64,000 nucleotides of DNA from Verrucomicrobiota bacterium (GTDB lineage: Bacteria > Verrucomicrobiota > Verrucomicrobiia > Opitutales > Cerasicoccaceae): positions 513,863 through 577,862 of the forward strand of contig JBCBUK010000002.1 in NCBI GenBank assembly GCA_039818205.1. Reading direction: 5' to 3'. The notes below the pieces were generated by a model, which was given only the letters and a program-made list of their open reading frames with translations, had not been told where the DNA came from and did not search any database. The stretch's first letter is position 1, and the number at the start of each line of letters is the position of its first letter. The translations under genes and the position numbers were made by a program. Shown here one piece after another: positions 42,846 through 52,337 of the stretch.

Positions 42846-43886
42846 ATGTTAGCTGCCGATCAAAAAAACGATGTTCATCCGATCGCCTCGATTCAGGCGA
42901 TTATGGAGCCGGTGGCTGGGCATATGACAGCGTTGAGCGACTTCATGGCTCAACAGGTTGGTCAGTTTGAACCCGAGCTCCAGGAGATGGTGCGTTATTG
43001 CCTCGTTCATCAGGGGAAGCGCATCCGCCCGATGTTGCTTTTTTTTAGCGGCTGGTCCGACGAACATACCGCGCCACCGATTGCTCTGATCCGCGCTGCT
43101 GCCGTGGTCGAGCTCGTACATTTAGCGACCCTGGTTCACGATGATATTTTGGACGATGCCGATATCCGCCATAACTCGGATACCGTTAGCGCTAAATGGG
43201 GAACCGATGCCGCAGTCCTTCTGGGCGACGCTTTGTTTGCTCAGGCATTAAATTTAGCGACGGAATTTCCAACCGTCTCGGTTTGCCGCGCTGTTTCGGC
43301 TTCGACTCGCCGTGTGTGCGCTGGGGAGATTCGCCAGACTTTTGAACGCGGTAATGCTGCGCTTTCGCTGGAGGATTATTTTCGAGTCATCGATCTCAAG
43401 ACGGCGGAATTGTTCAAGGTTTCCTGCTTCCTCGGTGCCCATCTTTCGGATCTCGAAGATCCGGTCGTGGATGCTTATGCCGAATTCGGGCGCCGTTTAG
43501 GAGTCGCTTATCAGATTTTCGATGACATGGCCGATATCCTGGGCGATGAGGTCAAGATCGGAAAAACGCTGGGAACGGATCTGGCGAGTGGCAAATACAC
43601 CTTGCCAATCCTGCTTTTGCGGCAGCGATTGAACGATGGGGACCTCAAAGCAATTGATGACGCCATCCAGTCGGAAGCCGATGGTGATCATGAAGCGCTG
43701 GTAAAAATGCTTCAGACTGCACTTCGGGAGCAGGGCATTATGCAAGAGGTCAGTGAGCGCTTTGAGGCGGAAATCGGTGCCGGGGAAGAGGCCTTGGCGC
43801 CATTTGCTGATCAGGCCTCAGCAAAAAGACTCTTGTCGCTCAGCAGCTTCGTCCGCTTGCAAATGAATCGGGTGCTGCCCGAATAG
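42846..43886 (+). CDS. Polyprenyl diphosphate synthase (IspB/HepT-like)
   Basis: GKRIRP, HLATLVHDDILD, LLGD, KTA, YQIFDD and GKTLGTDL. Confidence 0.93.
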   Translation: MLAADQKNDVHPIASIQAIMEPVAGHMTALSDFMAQQVGQFEPELQEMVRYCLVHQGKRIRPMLLFFSGWSDEHTAPPIALIRAAAVVELVHLATLVHDDILDDADIRHNSDTVSAKWGTDAAVLLGDALFAQALNLATEFPTVSVCRAVSASTRRVCAGEIRQTFERGNAALSLEDYFRVIDLKTAELFKVSCFLGAHLSDLEDPVVDAYAEFGRRLGVAYQIFDDMADILGDEVKIGKTLGTDLASGKYTLPILLLRQRLNDGDLKAIDDAIQSEADGDHEALVKMLQTALREQGIMQEVSERFEAEIGAGEEALAPFADQASAKRLLSLSSFVRLQMNRVLPE

Positions 43887-43960
43887 CCGAACCGGCCTGC
43901 GAGGAATATTGTTGCCAGATGGTTTTGGGCGGGGTTATTTGTCTTCTAACCTAAAGCAGC

Positions 43961-44596
43961 ATGGCTGACGCATCCACAGCTTCGTCTTCCGCTGTATCCA
44001 CAGCACAGAACGCCGCACCTAGTGCTGCGGCAGAGGATGCTGTGCTCGTCCAACGGGTTCAGGCTGGCGAGATGGCTGCTTTTGACCAGCTCGTCTCCAA
44101 GTATCGGGAGCGCCTTTACTCGGTGGTCTACAATTTGACCTCGAATCGCGAGGACGCCAACGATTTGACGCAAGAAGCCTTCATTCGGGCGTTTCGCTCA
44201 ATCCGCAATTTCAAAGGGAAATCGTCGTTCTTTACTTGGTTGTATCGGATTGCGGTCAACACGACGATCACGCACCTGAAGCGAAATCGTAAGCGTCGGT
44301 TCTTTAGTTTCGAACAGATTGATGAAGAGGGGCCATCGTCCACCAAATTGGAGACTTTGGCCTCACGCGCAAAGACGGAAAAACCGACTTATATGCGCGA
44401 ACTTCAAGAAAAATTGAACGATGCGCTGCAAAAGTTGTCTGTTAAACACAGAACCGTTGTCGTTCTTTACGAAATTGAAGGCCTTAGCCACCAGGAAATT
44501 GCAGAAATCACGAAAACATCCGAGGGGACAGTCCGTTCCCGACTTCATTACGCGAAGCACCAGCTACGCGAGACATTGAAGGATTATTTGGAATAA
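43961..44596 (+). CDS. rpoE: ECF sigma factor (RpoE-like)
   Basis: DLTQEAFIRAFRSI..FKGKSSFFTWLYRIAVN, EGLSHQEIA and GTVRSRLHYAK. Confidence 0.92.
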   Translation: MADASTASSSAVSTAQNAAPSAAAEDAVLVQRVQAGEMAAFDQLVSKYRERLYSVVYNLTSNREDANDLTQEAFIRAFRSIRNFKGKSSFFTWLYRIAVNTTITHLKRNRKRRFFSFEQIDEEGPSSTKLETLASRAKTEKPTYMRELQEKLNDALQKLSVKHRTVVVLYEIEGLSHQEIAEITKTSEGTVRSRLHYAKHQLRETLKDYLE

Positions 44597-44622
44597 TATC
44601 TGCTGCTCTTATTTTTATTATT

Positions 44623-45192
44623 ATGGCAAATACCGATTCGCGAGAAACGGAAAGACCAACTCTTGAGGAACTGCTTAAAGTTAAGCAGCACGAACGCCCC
44701 AGCGACGACTATTGGGAGCGTTTCGAGAGAGAACTTCACGCTAAACCGTGGCAGGGAATGGTTCGCGCATCAGCGCTTACCCGAGTGTGGGAAGGATTCC
44801 GCTCCTTTGCGCTTCCCGCGATTCCTGTCGGTACAACCGCAGCATTCGCCCTGGCAATCTATTACGGTGGCATTGCGGTGAACCCGGTGGTTGAGGTTCA
44901 GCCAAGTATTGAGTCCGCGCCGGTTGTTGTTGCTGAGGCTCCATCCGAAATTGCGTCCGTAGTGGCTGAGGAGGTGTCCGAGGTTGGGGTTTCTCAAGCA
45001 GCCGATCCACATTTTGTGGTCGGGTCGTTTTCGACGGAGGAATCATCGGATTCAGGATTCACGACTGTTCCGACGACGCATTATATGCCCGCTAGTCAGC
45101 GTGATGGGGTCCATTTTGCTTACAACACCATTGGCCGTTCCGCTAATCGATCCATCGCGATGTCGAATGGCCCGGTTCGCTCCTTTTATTAA
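44623..45192 (+). CDS. Putative anti-sigma factor (single TM)
   Basis: Directly follows the ECF gene; short cytoplasmic domain (ERPSDDYWERFERELH), one TM, low-complexity periplasmic part. Confidence 0.7.
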   Translation: MANTDSRETERPTLEELLKVKQHERPSDDYWERFERELHAKPWQGMVRASALTRVWEGFRSFALPAIPVGTTAAFALAIYYGGIAVNPVVEVQPSIESAPVVVAEAPSEIASVVAEEVSEVGVSQAADPHFVVGSFSTEESSDSGFTTVPTTHYMPASQRDGVHFAYNTIGRSANRSIAMSNGPVRSFY

Positions 45193-45201
45193 GGTAACTC
45201 G

Positions 45202-46454
45202 GTGATACCCCTTAAACCCATCGCAAAGCGTGCGTTTCGTCACGTTTCTATCGCAGTTTTTTTTTAGCCTCTTGCTGCGTGGCATCCGCTCAGGCCGGTG
45301 AAGCTGGTAGCGGAGGAGATGCTGTTGCCCTGCAAAAGCGGGTTGTAGACATCTATCAAGCTAACCGCGATGCGGTCGTAACGGTTTATGCGGCTCACAA
45401 CCCAGAGGACGACGAGAGCCGTCCAGCGCTCTTCATTGGCACTGGTTTTTTTATCAGCCGCGATGGCTTTATTTTAACCAATACGAACACCATTTATGGT
45501 GCCGATCGCGTCTGGATTGAGCGCGACGGTGTGGGCTATCTGGCGGAAGTTGTCGGCAGCGATCCGTTGACGAATATTGCGATTATCAAGTCGTTGGCTT
45601 TGCCGCCTAGTTTTAACTATCTGCGGTTTTCAGAGAAGCCCATGCTGCCAGAGGTCGGTAGCTTTGTGGTGGCGCTCCCGAGTCAACAGGGGATGCCGCC
45701 AGGGCCGTCCTTAGGATTGATCAATGGTTGGAATACTCGCTACTTCGATCGCATTTTGCCAACGATCTATTTGCGCTCCGATATTCCATTTGACGGAGGG
45801 GAAGGTGGCGCTCCCGTGTTTGATATCAATGGCGCGCTTATTGGTATGATCATTGTCGCGCTACCCGAGATTCGCTCCTCCTTTATCCTGCCGGGCCGGG
45901 CGGTGCAGCGAATCCGTGATGACATTTTGTTCTCTGGGAAAGTCACCTTTGCCCATTTCGGTTTTAGCACGCTACAAAAGCCCGATTTTCGCCATGGTCC
46001 CCGGATCGAAATTGAGGGAGTGGAGCCCGACGGTCCGGCGGCGCGCGGGGGCATCTTAGCCGGGGACATCTTGTTGAAAGTGGGCGATTTTGATATCCGC
46101 AAGGATGAGCATTTGCGGACTGCCTTCTTCTATACGCGCCCGGACGAGTTGGTCACGGTGGTCGTATTGCGTGGTGAGGAATCCCTTGAACTGCCAATTA
46201 AAGTCGGGGTGCGCGAGGCGCCGCCAACTGCTATGCCACCGGTTCAGCGGACTCCTGAAGAGACCTACGCTGCGCTGGAGGGTGAGGCCTCACCTAATAT
46301 TTCTGATACCGACGCCAGTGAGGTGGAACCTGAACCTGAACCTGAGCCTGAGCCGGCTCAGGCCGTAGGAAATGAAGCGCCGGTTGAGGAAGTTGCTGAG
46401 GTGCCAGTTCCGGTTGAGGAATCAGCCGGGGGTGGGGCAGACGCCGTCAATTGA
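45202..46454 (+). CDS. HtrA/DegP-like trypsin-PDZ protein with degenerate catalytic triad; 5' end frameshifted at T9 (45257-45265)
   Basis: GTGFFIS..GFILTNTNT, GSDPLTNIAII, GGEGGAPVFDING, and PDZ PDGPAARGGILAGD. The intact ORF runs from 45279; the signal peptide is split across frames. Confidence 0.8.
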
Positions 46455-46769
46455 TTCGAGGCCCCACTCGACCATCGCGCTTAGTATGGGGCGTAAGCTT
46501 TCGCCGCGGGGAGTCAATGTGTAGATGACTTTGCGCCCATCGTCGGGATCGGGTTGGCGCTCTGCTAAGCGGTTCTCTACGAGCCATTTAAGGCGCTGAG
46601 AGAGAATGTTGGTTGCAATGCCCTCCGGAGAGTTGAGGAATTCGTCGAAACGCTTTTTCTCAAAGACCAGCATGTCTCGCACGACCAGGAGAGTCCAGCG
46701 ATCGCCGACAATGTCTAACGCTCCTGCGACCGGGCAAGGTGAGCGCAGTCCTTTGCAAATTTTCTCCAT
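46422..46769 (-). CDS. HxlR-family winged-helix regulator
   Basis: CPVAGALDIVGDRWTLLVVRD, GIATNILSQRLK and YTLTPRG. Confidence 0.93.
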   Translation of the reverse strand: MEKICKGLRSPCPVAGALDIVGDRWTLLVVRDMLVFEKKRFDEFLNSPEGIATNILSQRLKWLVENRLAERQPDPDDGRKVIYTLTPRGESLRPILSAMVEWGLESIDGVCPTPG

Positions 46770-46785
46770 CGTATCCTTAATATAG

Positions 46786-46843
46786 CTTGCATATTAAAAG
46801 TAACAAGGTTTTCTTTGGGCCCATATCGCTTGCATGTTGCAAG
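46786..46843. promoter_or_regulatory. Two putative HxlR operators
   Basis: Perfect inverted repeat CTTGCA-TGT-TGCAAG (46829-46843) and variant CTTGCA-TAT-TAAAAG (46786-46800) between the divergent genes. Confidence 0.6.
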
Positions 46844-46870
46844 TTAAAAGAACCGCTAGATATCGAACAC

Positions 46871-47329
46871 ATGAATATTGTTGAGCCCAAGAGAGTTGAT
46901 TTGAAGAACGCTAAGGCTGTCCACTTTGGAGCGCCTGACCTTTGGACTAATTACGTCTACCGCAATGAAGAGCGGGAGATGGAATTCCCGGGAAAACTGT
47001 GGGTCAAAGAGATGCTAGGCCTCACTGGAGCCGAGATTTCGCTGAGCTCGATGCCGCCTGGGGCCTCGGTTCCGTTCAATCACACGCATAGTCAGAACGA
47101 AGAGCTCTATGTGTTTCTGGAGGGAGAGGGGCAGATGTTGCTCGACGGTGAGATGGTCGATGTCAGTGCTGGTACCATTGTCCGGGTTGATCCGTTGGCC
47201 GTGCGCTGTTGGCGCAATACCGGGACCAAAAATCTCATTCACTTGGTTATCCAGGTTAAGGCGAACTCATTGGAGCAGTGGACCGGAACTGACGGCTCCA
47301 TGACGGATGATGGCCCCAAGTGGGCCTAG
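46871..47329 (+). CDS. Cupin-domain protein
   Basis: ATG at 46871; PFNHTHSQNEELYVFLEGEG. Confidence 0.88.
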   Translation: MNIVEPKRVDLKNAKAVHFGAPDLWTNYVYRNEEREMEFPGKLWVKEMLGLTGAEISLSSMPPGASVPFNHTHSQNEELYVFLEGEGQMLLDGEMVDVSAGTIVRVDPLAVRCWRNTGTKNLIHLVIQVKANSLEQWTGTDGSMTDDGPKWA

Positions 47330-47342
47330 AGTGATCAAAACA

Positions 47343-47377
47343 CAAAAACGGCGCACTCATACGGTGCGCCGTTTTTG
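47343..47377. terminator. Bidirectional intrinsic terminator
   Basis: CAAAAACGGCGCAC-tcatacg-GTGCGCCGTTTTTG between the convergent cupin gene and hpnH. Confidence 0.88.
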
Positions 47378-47400
47378 TTCTAAAATCTCTCCTGGTCCGG

Positions 47401-48600
47401 CTAGTTGCGGCTGATTGGCTCTTCGCCGGTCTTTACTTCGTCTTGGCCACGGGAAGCTGCAATGGCGTCCATGAGTTCGTCTCGGCCGGACTTATCACCA
47501 CTGGAGGAAGCGCAAGCGTGCGGGCCGGTGGCCTCAGGCTTGGTTTCCAAGAGTTGAAGCTCTTCGGCGGAGAAAGTCGCGGGTCGACGGAAACTCACTG
47601 CGGCCTTGAGGAACCGAACCAAACCGGCTGGTGAGAACGTGTCGTTGACCGCAGTGGCCTCGTGTCCGCAGTGAACCATGCAGTTCAGGCAGCGTTCATC
47701 GGTGCCTTTGCCAGCACGACCATACTTTTCCCACTCAGTGGTCTCGATTAGTTCCTTGAAGGTCTTCACGTAGCCATCGGCGAGCAAGTAGCACGGTTTT
47801 TGCCAACCAAAGACGTTGTAGGTCGGGTTGCCCCATGGGGTGCACTCATAGTTGATATCGCCGCGAAGAAAGGCCATGAAGCTGGCGGAGTGGTTAAACT
47901 GCCAGTTCTTCTTCGAGTCACCTAGGATCTTCTTGAAGAGGACCTTGGTGAGGTTGCGACCTAGGAAAATATCTTGCTTAGGTGCTTTTTCGTAGGCGTA
48001 GCCTGGGGAAAGCATCATGCCTTCGACGCCTGCTTCCATCATCTCGTCAAAAAACTCGCGGACGCGCTCTGGGTCGGCGTTGTTGAAGAGGGTGGTGTTG
48101 GTCGTTACGCGGAAGCCCATATCAACGGCTTTTTTGATCGCGGACAGGGCAATTTCGTAAGTCCCTTCGCGGCAAACCGAGTTGTCGTGTTCTTCCTTCA
48201 GGCCATCCATGTGGACGGAGAAGGATAGTTGCTTGTTGGGCTTAAATTTCTTGAGCGCACGTTCGAGTAGCAGGGCGTTCGTGCACAGGTAGATGTAGCG
48301 ACCTTGTTTGATCAGGCCATCGACGATCTCTTCGATCTCGGGGTGGATCAGCGGTTCGCCACCTGCGATGGAAACCATCGGGGCGCCACATTCCTCGGCT
48401 GCTGCCAAGGCCTTCTCAGCGGAAACGCGCTTCTTGAGAATGTGGTCTGGAAATTGGATCTTGCCGCAGCCTTCGCAAGCGAGGTTACAGCGGAAAAGCG
48501 GCTCGAGCATCAGCACGAGCGGGTAATGCTTGCGGCCCGCAAGCTTCTGCTTGAGGACGTAACTGGCGACAGTTGCGGCTTGAGATACGGGTACTGGCAT
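47401..48600 (-). CDS. hpnH: Adenosylhopane-forming radical SAM enzyme HpnH
   Basis: YPLVLMLEPLFRCNLACEGCGKI, AGGEPLIHP, SPGYAYEKAP, CTPWGNPT, WQKPCYLL and CLNCMVHCGHE. Confidence 0.93.
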   Translation of the reverse strand: MPVPVSQAATVASYVLKQKLAGRKHYPLVLMLEPLFRCNLACEGCGKIQFPDHILKKRVSAEKALAAAEECGAPMVSIAGGEPLIHPEIEEIVDGLIKQGRYIYLCTNALLLERALKKFKPNKQLSFSVHMDGLKEEHDNSVCREGTYEIALSAIKKAVDMGFRVTTNTTLFNNADPERVREFFDEMMEAGVEGMMLSPGYAYEKAPKQDIFLGRNLTKVLFKKILGDSKKNWQFNHSASFMAFLRGDINYECTPWGNPTYNVFGWQKPCYLLADGYVKTFKELIETTEWEKYGRAGKGTDERCLNCMVHCGHEATAVNDTFSPAGLVRFLKAAVSFRRPATFSAEELQLLETKPEATGPHACASSSGDKSGRDELMDAIAASRGQDEVKTGEEPISRN

Positions 48601-48683
48601 AGCTTTTAAGGCGCGGATGCAATAGATCGAATGAGCCTATGTCAAGCTAAGCCCGTGCCAGGTACCCGTCAGAAAATGAGTCT

Positions 48684-49016
48684 TTACTCTGGTTTTTGTC
48701 CCGCAGCGATCAAGTTCCACCCCAATGCTTTTGGTAGTGCGGGTATTGCTCGCTCGAACAAACGATCAACCCGTACTGCGCATTTACCTAATGGGTGTGC
48801 GAGCCGTTGAGTTCTGAAAGCCTTCTCAGCAAATGGCGTTGAAAACAGTCCTTGTCCGGTGATGCCGACGTTGGCCAAACGCGCCGACTCAAATTTTTCT
48901 TTTAATTCACCGCTGCTGTATTCGACTTGATCTTCGGAATACTCACGGTCCATGGCACCAGTCAGATCTTTGGGGCGCAACCGGAGGCTCGCGATCAGAT
49001 CAGGTATCTCTCGCAA
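48684..49016 (-). pseudogene. Probable truncated gene (C-terminal part, class I methyltransferase-like)
   Basis: Protein-like C-terminus (YSEDQ..ELKEKF..QGLFSTPFAE..WNLIAAGQK) with no SAM-binding N-terminus; abuts the fcl stop. Confidence 0.35.
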
Positions 49017-49964
49017 TTACACGCGGATATCGCCCGCAGCCATTTCTTCCTGGAAGCTTTGGTAGGTCTGCTTGATGCCCGTTTCGAGGTCAATTTTGGG
49101 TTCCCATCCGAGGCTGCGCATGATCGACGAATCCATGAGCTTGCGCGGAGTGCCGTCGGGGCGGTCGGTGTCCCAGATGAGTTCGCCTTTGAAGTCAACT
49201 GCGTCGCGTATGTATTCCGCCAACTGCTTAATGGTGACGTCCGATCCGAAGCCAACGTTGACGAGGTCGGGCGGGTTTTCGAGTTCAAGCAAGTAGACGA
49301 GGGCTGAGGCCAGGTCGTCGACATGGAGAAATTCGCGCATGGGTGAACCCGTGCCCCAGAGGGTAACGCTTTCAGCGCCGGATTCTTTAGCTTCATGGAA
49401 ACGTTTGAGCAGTGCGGGAAGGACGTGGGAGTTTTCCCCGTGGTAGTTGTCCCGCGGTCCATAAAGGTTGGTTGGCATGGCCGAATGGTAGGTCACACCG
49501 TACTGCTTTCGGTAGTACTCGCAGAGTTTCAGGCCAGCAATTTTGGCAATGGCGTAAGGCTCATTGGTGGGTTCCAATGGCCCAGTTAGCAGAGCATCTT
49601 CACGCATTGGTTGCTCGGCGTGCTTGGGGTAGATGCACGAGCTGCCGAGGAAGAGTACGCGAGGAACGCCTGCGGTGTAGGCGCCATGGATGCAATTTTG
49701 CGCTGAGGCGAGATTTTCGAAAATAAACTCGGCCGGATAGGTGTTGTTCGCATGGATCCCGCCGACCTTAGCGGCTGCAATCACCACAGCGTTGGGCTTT
49801 TCGTCGGCCATGAATTTGGCGACCTCGGTGGTGTTGCATAGATCGAGATCGGAGCGCGTGCGGGTGATCAGATTCTGATAGCCTTTAGCGTTGAGTGCGC
49901 GCACGACAGCCGCGCCAACCATGCCGCGATGTCCGGCAACGAAAATTTTGGAATCGGGATTCAT
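49017..49964 (-). CDS. fcl: GDP-L-fucose synthase
   Basis: [46 protein letters not shown] and DGTPRK. Confidence 0.96.
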   Translation of the reverse strand: MNPDSKIFVAGHRGMVGAAVVRALNAKGYQNLITRTRSDLDLCNTTEVAKFMADEKPNAVVIAAAKVGGIHANNTYPAEFIFENLASAQNCIHGAYTAGVPRVLFLGSSCIYPKHAEQPMREDALLTGPLEPTNEPYAIAKIAGLKLCEYYRKQYGVTYHSAMPTNLYGPRDNYHGENSHVLPALLKRFHEAKESGAESVTLWGTGSPMREFLHVDDLASALVYLLELENPPDLVNVGFGSDVTIKQLAEYIRDAVDFKGELIWDTDRPDGTPRKLMDSSIMRSLGWEPKIDLETGIKQTYQSFQEEMAAGDIRV

Positions 49965-50039
49965 AGTGGAAGGTGTAAAACAGCCACGGGCCCGCTCAAG
50001 GTCAAGATTGAGTTGCGGGAATCGATTGATTCGCCGGTC

Positions 50040-50864
50040 TCAGGAATCCGCGGGCTCAGCGTGTTTGAAGAGCCATTCCGCCGTTCCGGCGCCAAACAAC
50101 GCTCCCAGACAAGGCGAGACGATGTAGACCAGGATCCAGCCGACGGTCTCGTGGGAGAATGTCAGTGAGCCCCAACCAGTAACAACCGTCCATAGGCGAG
50201 GCCCGATATCCCGTGCGGGATTGAACCCGGCCATACTGACCGGCGCAAATAGGCTGATCAGCACAGCTAAAACAACCCCAATCAAAATGGGAATGAATGG
50301 TCCCAAGGCTTTGGGTTGTTTCGAGGAAGTGAGGCCGAAGACAGTGATTGCTAAGAGCGCCGTTCCGAGAAACTCAGCCCCAATGCCCTCCATGAGGCCC
50401 AATTGGATGCCCGCTTCTTCGAAGTGGGCTGGGTTTCCGGGATGCGGATAGAACGTCACGAACACCTTGGCGGTATCAATGCTTTCGAGGTGCCCGCGAG
50501 TTATGCCAGCTGCTTCTTCGACGGCGGCTAGACCGCCTGCGCTCAGGAAATAAACGGAGGCAGCTGCCAGGAATGCGCCAATGATTTGGGCGACGATGTA
50601 GGGGAGGATCCGCTGTTTGGGGAAACCGCGAAACGTGGCAAAGGCGATGGTGATTGCCGGGTTTAAGTGGGCACCACTGACTGGGCCGGTGACAGAGATG
50701 GCCACCATTAGGCCAAGGCCCCAGAGCATCGCGACGCCAAAAAGACCGAACTGGCCACCGAACGCGACCTCTATGGCAACTGATCCAAGCCCGAAAAAGA
50801 CAAGTAGATAGGTGCCGATGAGCTCCCCCCTGAACCAGGCGGGTATTTTTGGTTTATCCGCCAT
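50040..50864 (-). CDS. MIP-family aquaglyceroporin (AqpS/GlpF-like) in ars operon
   Basis: Start MADKPK at 50864; SGAHLNPA and NPARD motifs. Confidence 0.92.
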   Translation of the reverse strand: MADKPKIPAWFRGELIGTYLLVFFGLGSVAIEVAFGGQFGLFGVAMLWGLGLMVAISVTGPVSGAHLNPAITIAFATFRGFPKQRILPYIVAQIIGAFLAAASVYFLSAGGLAAVEEAAGITRGHLESIDTAKVFVTFYPHPGNPAHFEEAGIQLGLMEGIGAEFLGTALLAITVFGLTSSKQPKALGPFIPILIGVVLAVLISLFAPVSMAGFNPARDIGPRLWTVVTGWGSLTFSHETVGWILVYIVSPCLGALFGAGTAEWLFKHAEPADS

Positions 50865-50866
50865 GG

Positions 50867-51376
50867 TTAAACGAGCTCGGGTAATTCTGTAACCTGCTGG
50901 CCAATTGCATCCAGGGTTGCTTTGACTGCGCCGGAATCGCCGGTTAATTGGCCGTCTTCGGTAGACAGTAGCAAGTCGATCCGTGCTTCGATCTGCTTGG
51001 CGACTTGTAGGAAAAAGCGATAATGCTCTTCTTCCGAACCGTCGTAGTGAGCGGGGTCCGGAGATTGCCAGTGGCCGACAATCGGGTCGCCAGGCCAGAT
51101 CGGGCAAGACTCCGCTGCATTGTCGCAAACGGTGATCACAAAATCCAGACCAGCGTCGTGGTAGACTTCCCAGGACTCCGATTTGGCATCCGAGGCATCG
51201 ATTCCGTATTCGTTTTTCAGGATCTGCAATGCGATCGGGTGCGGGTTGGGTTTGGGTGCGGCGCCGGCGCTGAATGACTCAAACCGGTCACCTCCCTTGT
51301 GGCGTAGGAGGTATTCGCCGAGGATACTGCGGGCGCTGTTGCCCGTACATAGAAAGAGTAGTTTATATGTAGCCAT
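50867..51376 (-). CDS. arsC: Arsenate reductase (LMW-PTP fold)
   Basis: LFLCTGNSARS, ITVCDNAAESCPIWPG and HW..PDP. Confidence 0.93.
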   Translation of the reverse strand: MATYKLLFLCTGNSARSILGEYLLRHKGGDRFESFSAGAAPKPNPHPIALQILKNEYGIDASDAKSESWEVYHDAGLDFVITVCDNAAESCPIWPGDPIVGHWQSPDPAHYDGSEEEHYRFFLQVAKQIEARIDLLLSTEDGQLTGDSGAVKATLDAIGQQVTELPELV

Positions 51377-51399
51377 GTGAATAGACGAGAGTGAGTGGA

Positions 51400-51780
51400 T
51401 TACAGGTGCTGTTGAAGGGACTCAGCGGGTAGGGGGCAACAGCCTGGATTTTTTGCCAATCGCTCGATGAGGATGACACGCCGTTCTTCGTCGTGGACGA
51501 GCTGGGGCTCGCTGGCGATATCGGTGGAGATGCCACCGATAACGGTATTGACCAATTCTTTCCTGGGCTCGGCCAAGCGATAAACTGACCAGTTGCGGAC
51601 CCGCTTGACCTGGAGCAGTCCGGCGCGTCGTAGCTGTGAGAGTTGTTTGGATATCTTGGCTTGAGGCTCATCGAGTATTTCCACGAGGTGGCAAACACAG
51701 AGCGGACCGTTCCACAAAGTCACGAGGATGCGGAGGCGGGTTGCGTCGGTAAGTTGCCGGAATAGATGGGTATATTCCAT
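51400..51780 (-). CDS. arsR: ArsR/SmtB-family repressor
   Basis: Start MEYTHLF; DATRLRIL, LCVCHL, QAKISKQLSQLRRAGL and a C-terminal GCC. Confidence 0.9.
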   Translation of the reverse strand: MEYTHLFRQLTDATRLRILVTLWNGPLCVCHLVEILDEPQAKISKQLSQLRRAGLLQVKRVRNWSVYRLAEPRKELVNTVIGGISTDIASEPQLVHDEERRVILIERLAKNPGCCPLPAESLQQHL

Positions 51781-51904
51781 TTGAGGTATATACTGCTGCA
51801 AGAATAATAGATCTGTCGATAGTATTTTCACGCGAATATGATCTTTCCGTCTCATGAATGACTCAAAGTTTTGGGTAGTTCGGATCAGCTTTTTTAAATG
51901 CCAA

Positions 51905-51932
51905 TTGACACCCCTGAGATAGGTGAAATACT
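51905..51932 (+). promoter_or_regulatory. sigma70-type promoter upstream of the cassette and RND operon
   Basis: TTGACA-N16-AATACT. Confidence 0.5.
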
Positions 51933-51964
51933 CCGGGCCAACTCACCATGCTGCTAGCTAAGTA

Positions 51965-52279
51965 ATGAAGGTAATCGGACGTGCCATTATTCTCCTGATC
52001 ATCGAAATCGTTCTGGTCTTGGTTTTCTTCATTGGCGCATGGCAGTATGGGTTTGGGAGCGCATGGTCTGGTGGAAAACCGAATCTCTCCTTATTGTTCA
52101 TAGGAAATACCCTTTTCTGGCCCATGGATACGTTCGAAAATTACGGCGATGCGACAAGATTTTCGGCTACTCTTGCATGGTGCCTCATTCTGCCATTTAT
52201 ACTTTCTATGGTCTTTGAATCATTTCAAATCAGTCGGAAATCAAAAGAAAATGGAATCCAACAAGACGATGGAGCATAA
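51965..52279 (+). CDS. Small membrane protein carried on an integron-like gene cassette
   Basis: 104 aa, hydrophobic, AT-richer than neighbours; the 3' end reads into the attC site. Confidence 0.7.
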   Translation: MKVIGRAIILLIIEIVLVLVFFIGAWQYGFGSAWSGGKPNLSLLFIGNTLFWPMDTFENYGDATRFSATLAWCLILPFILSMVFESFQISRKSKENGIQQDDGA

Positions 52280-52337
52280 GCCGTTACAGCGCGCTTCTGT
52301 CAGCCACTTCTATGGGTAGCTCATCTCTACGTTACGT
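52256..52337 (+). mobile_element. attC recombination site (82 bp)
   Basis: R'' ATCCAAC - 5 nt - L'' GATGGAGC ... L' GCTCATC - 5 nt - R' GTTACGT; L'' carries one extra G relative to L'. Confidence 0.75.

Noticed and set aside
50040..51128. 362-aa ORF suggesting an ArsC-aquaporin fusion
   Set aside because: The extension is in a different frame from arsC, which has its own stop at 50867; the channel starts at 50864.
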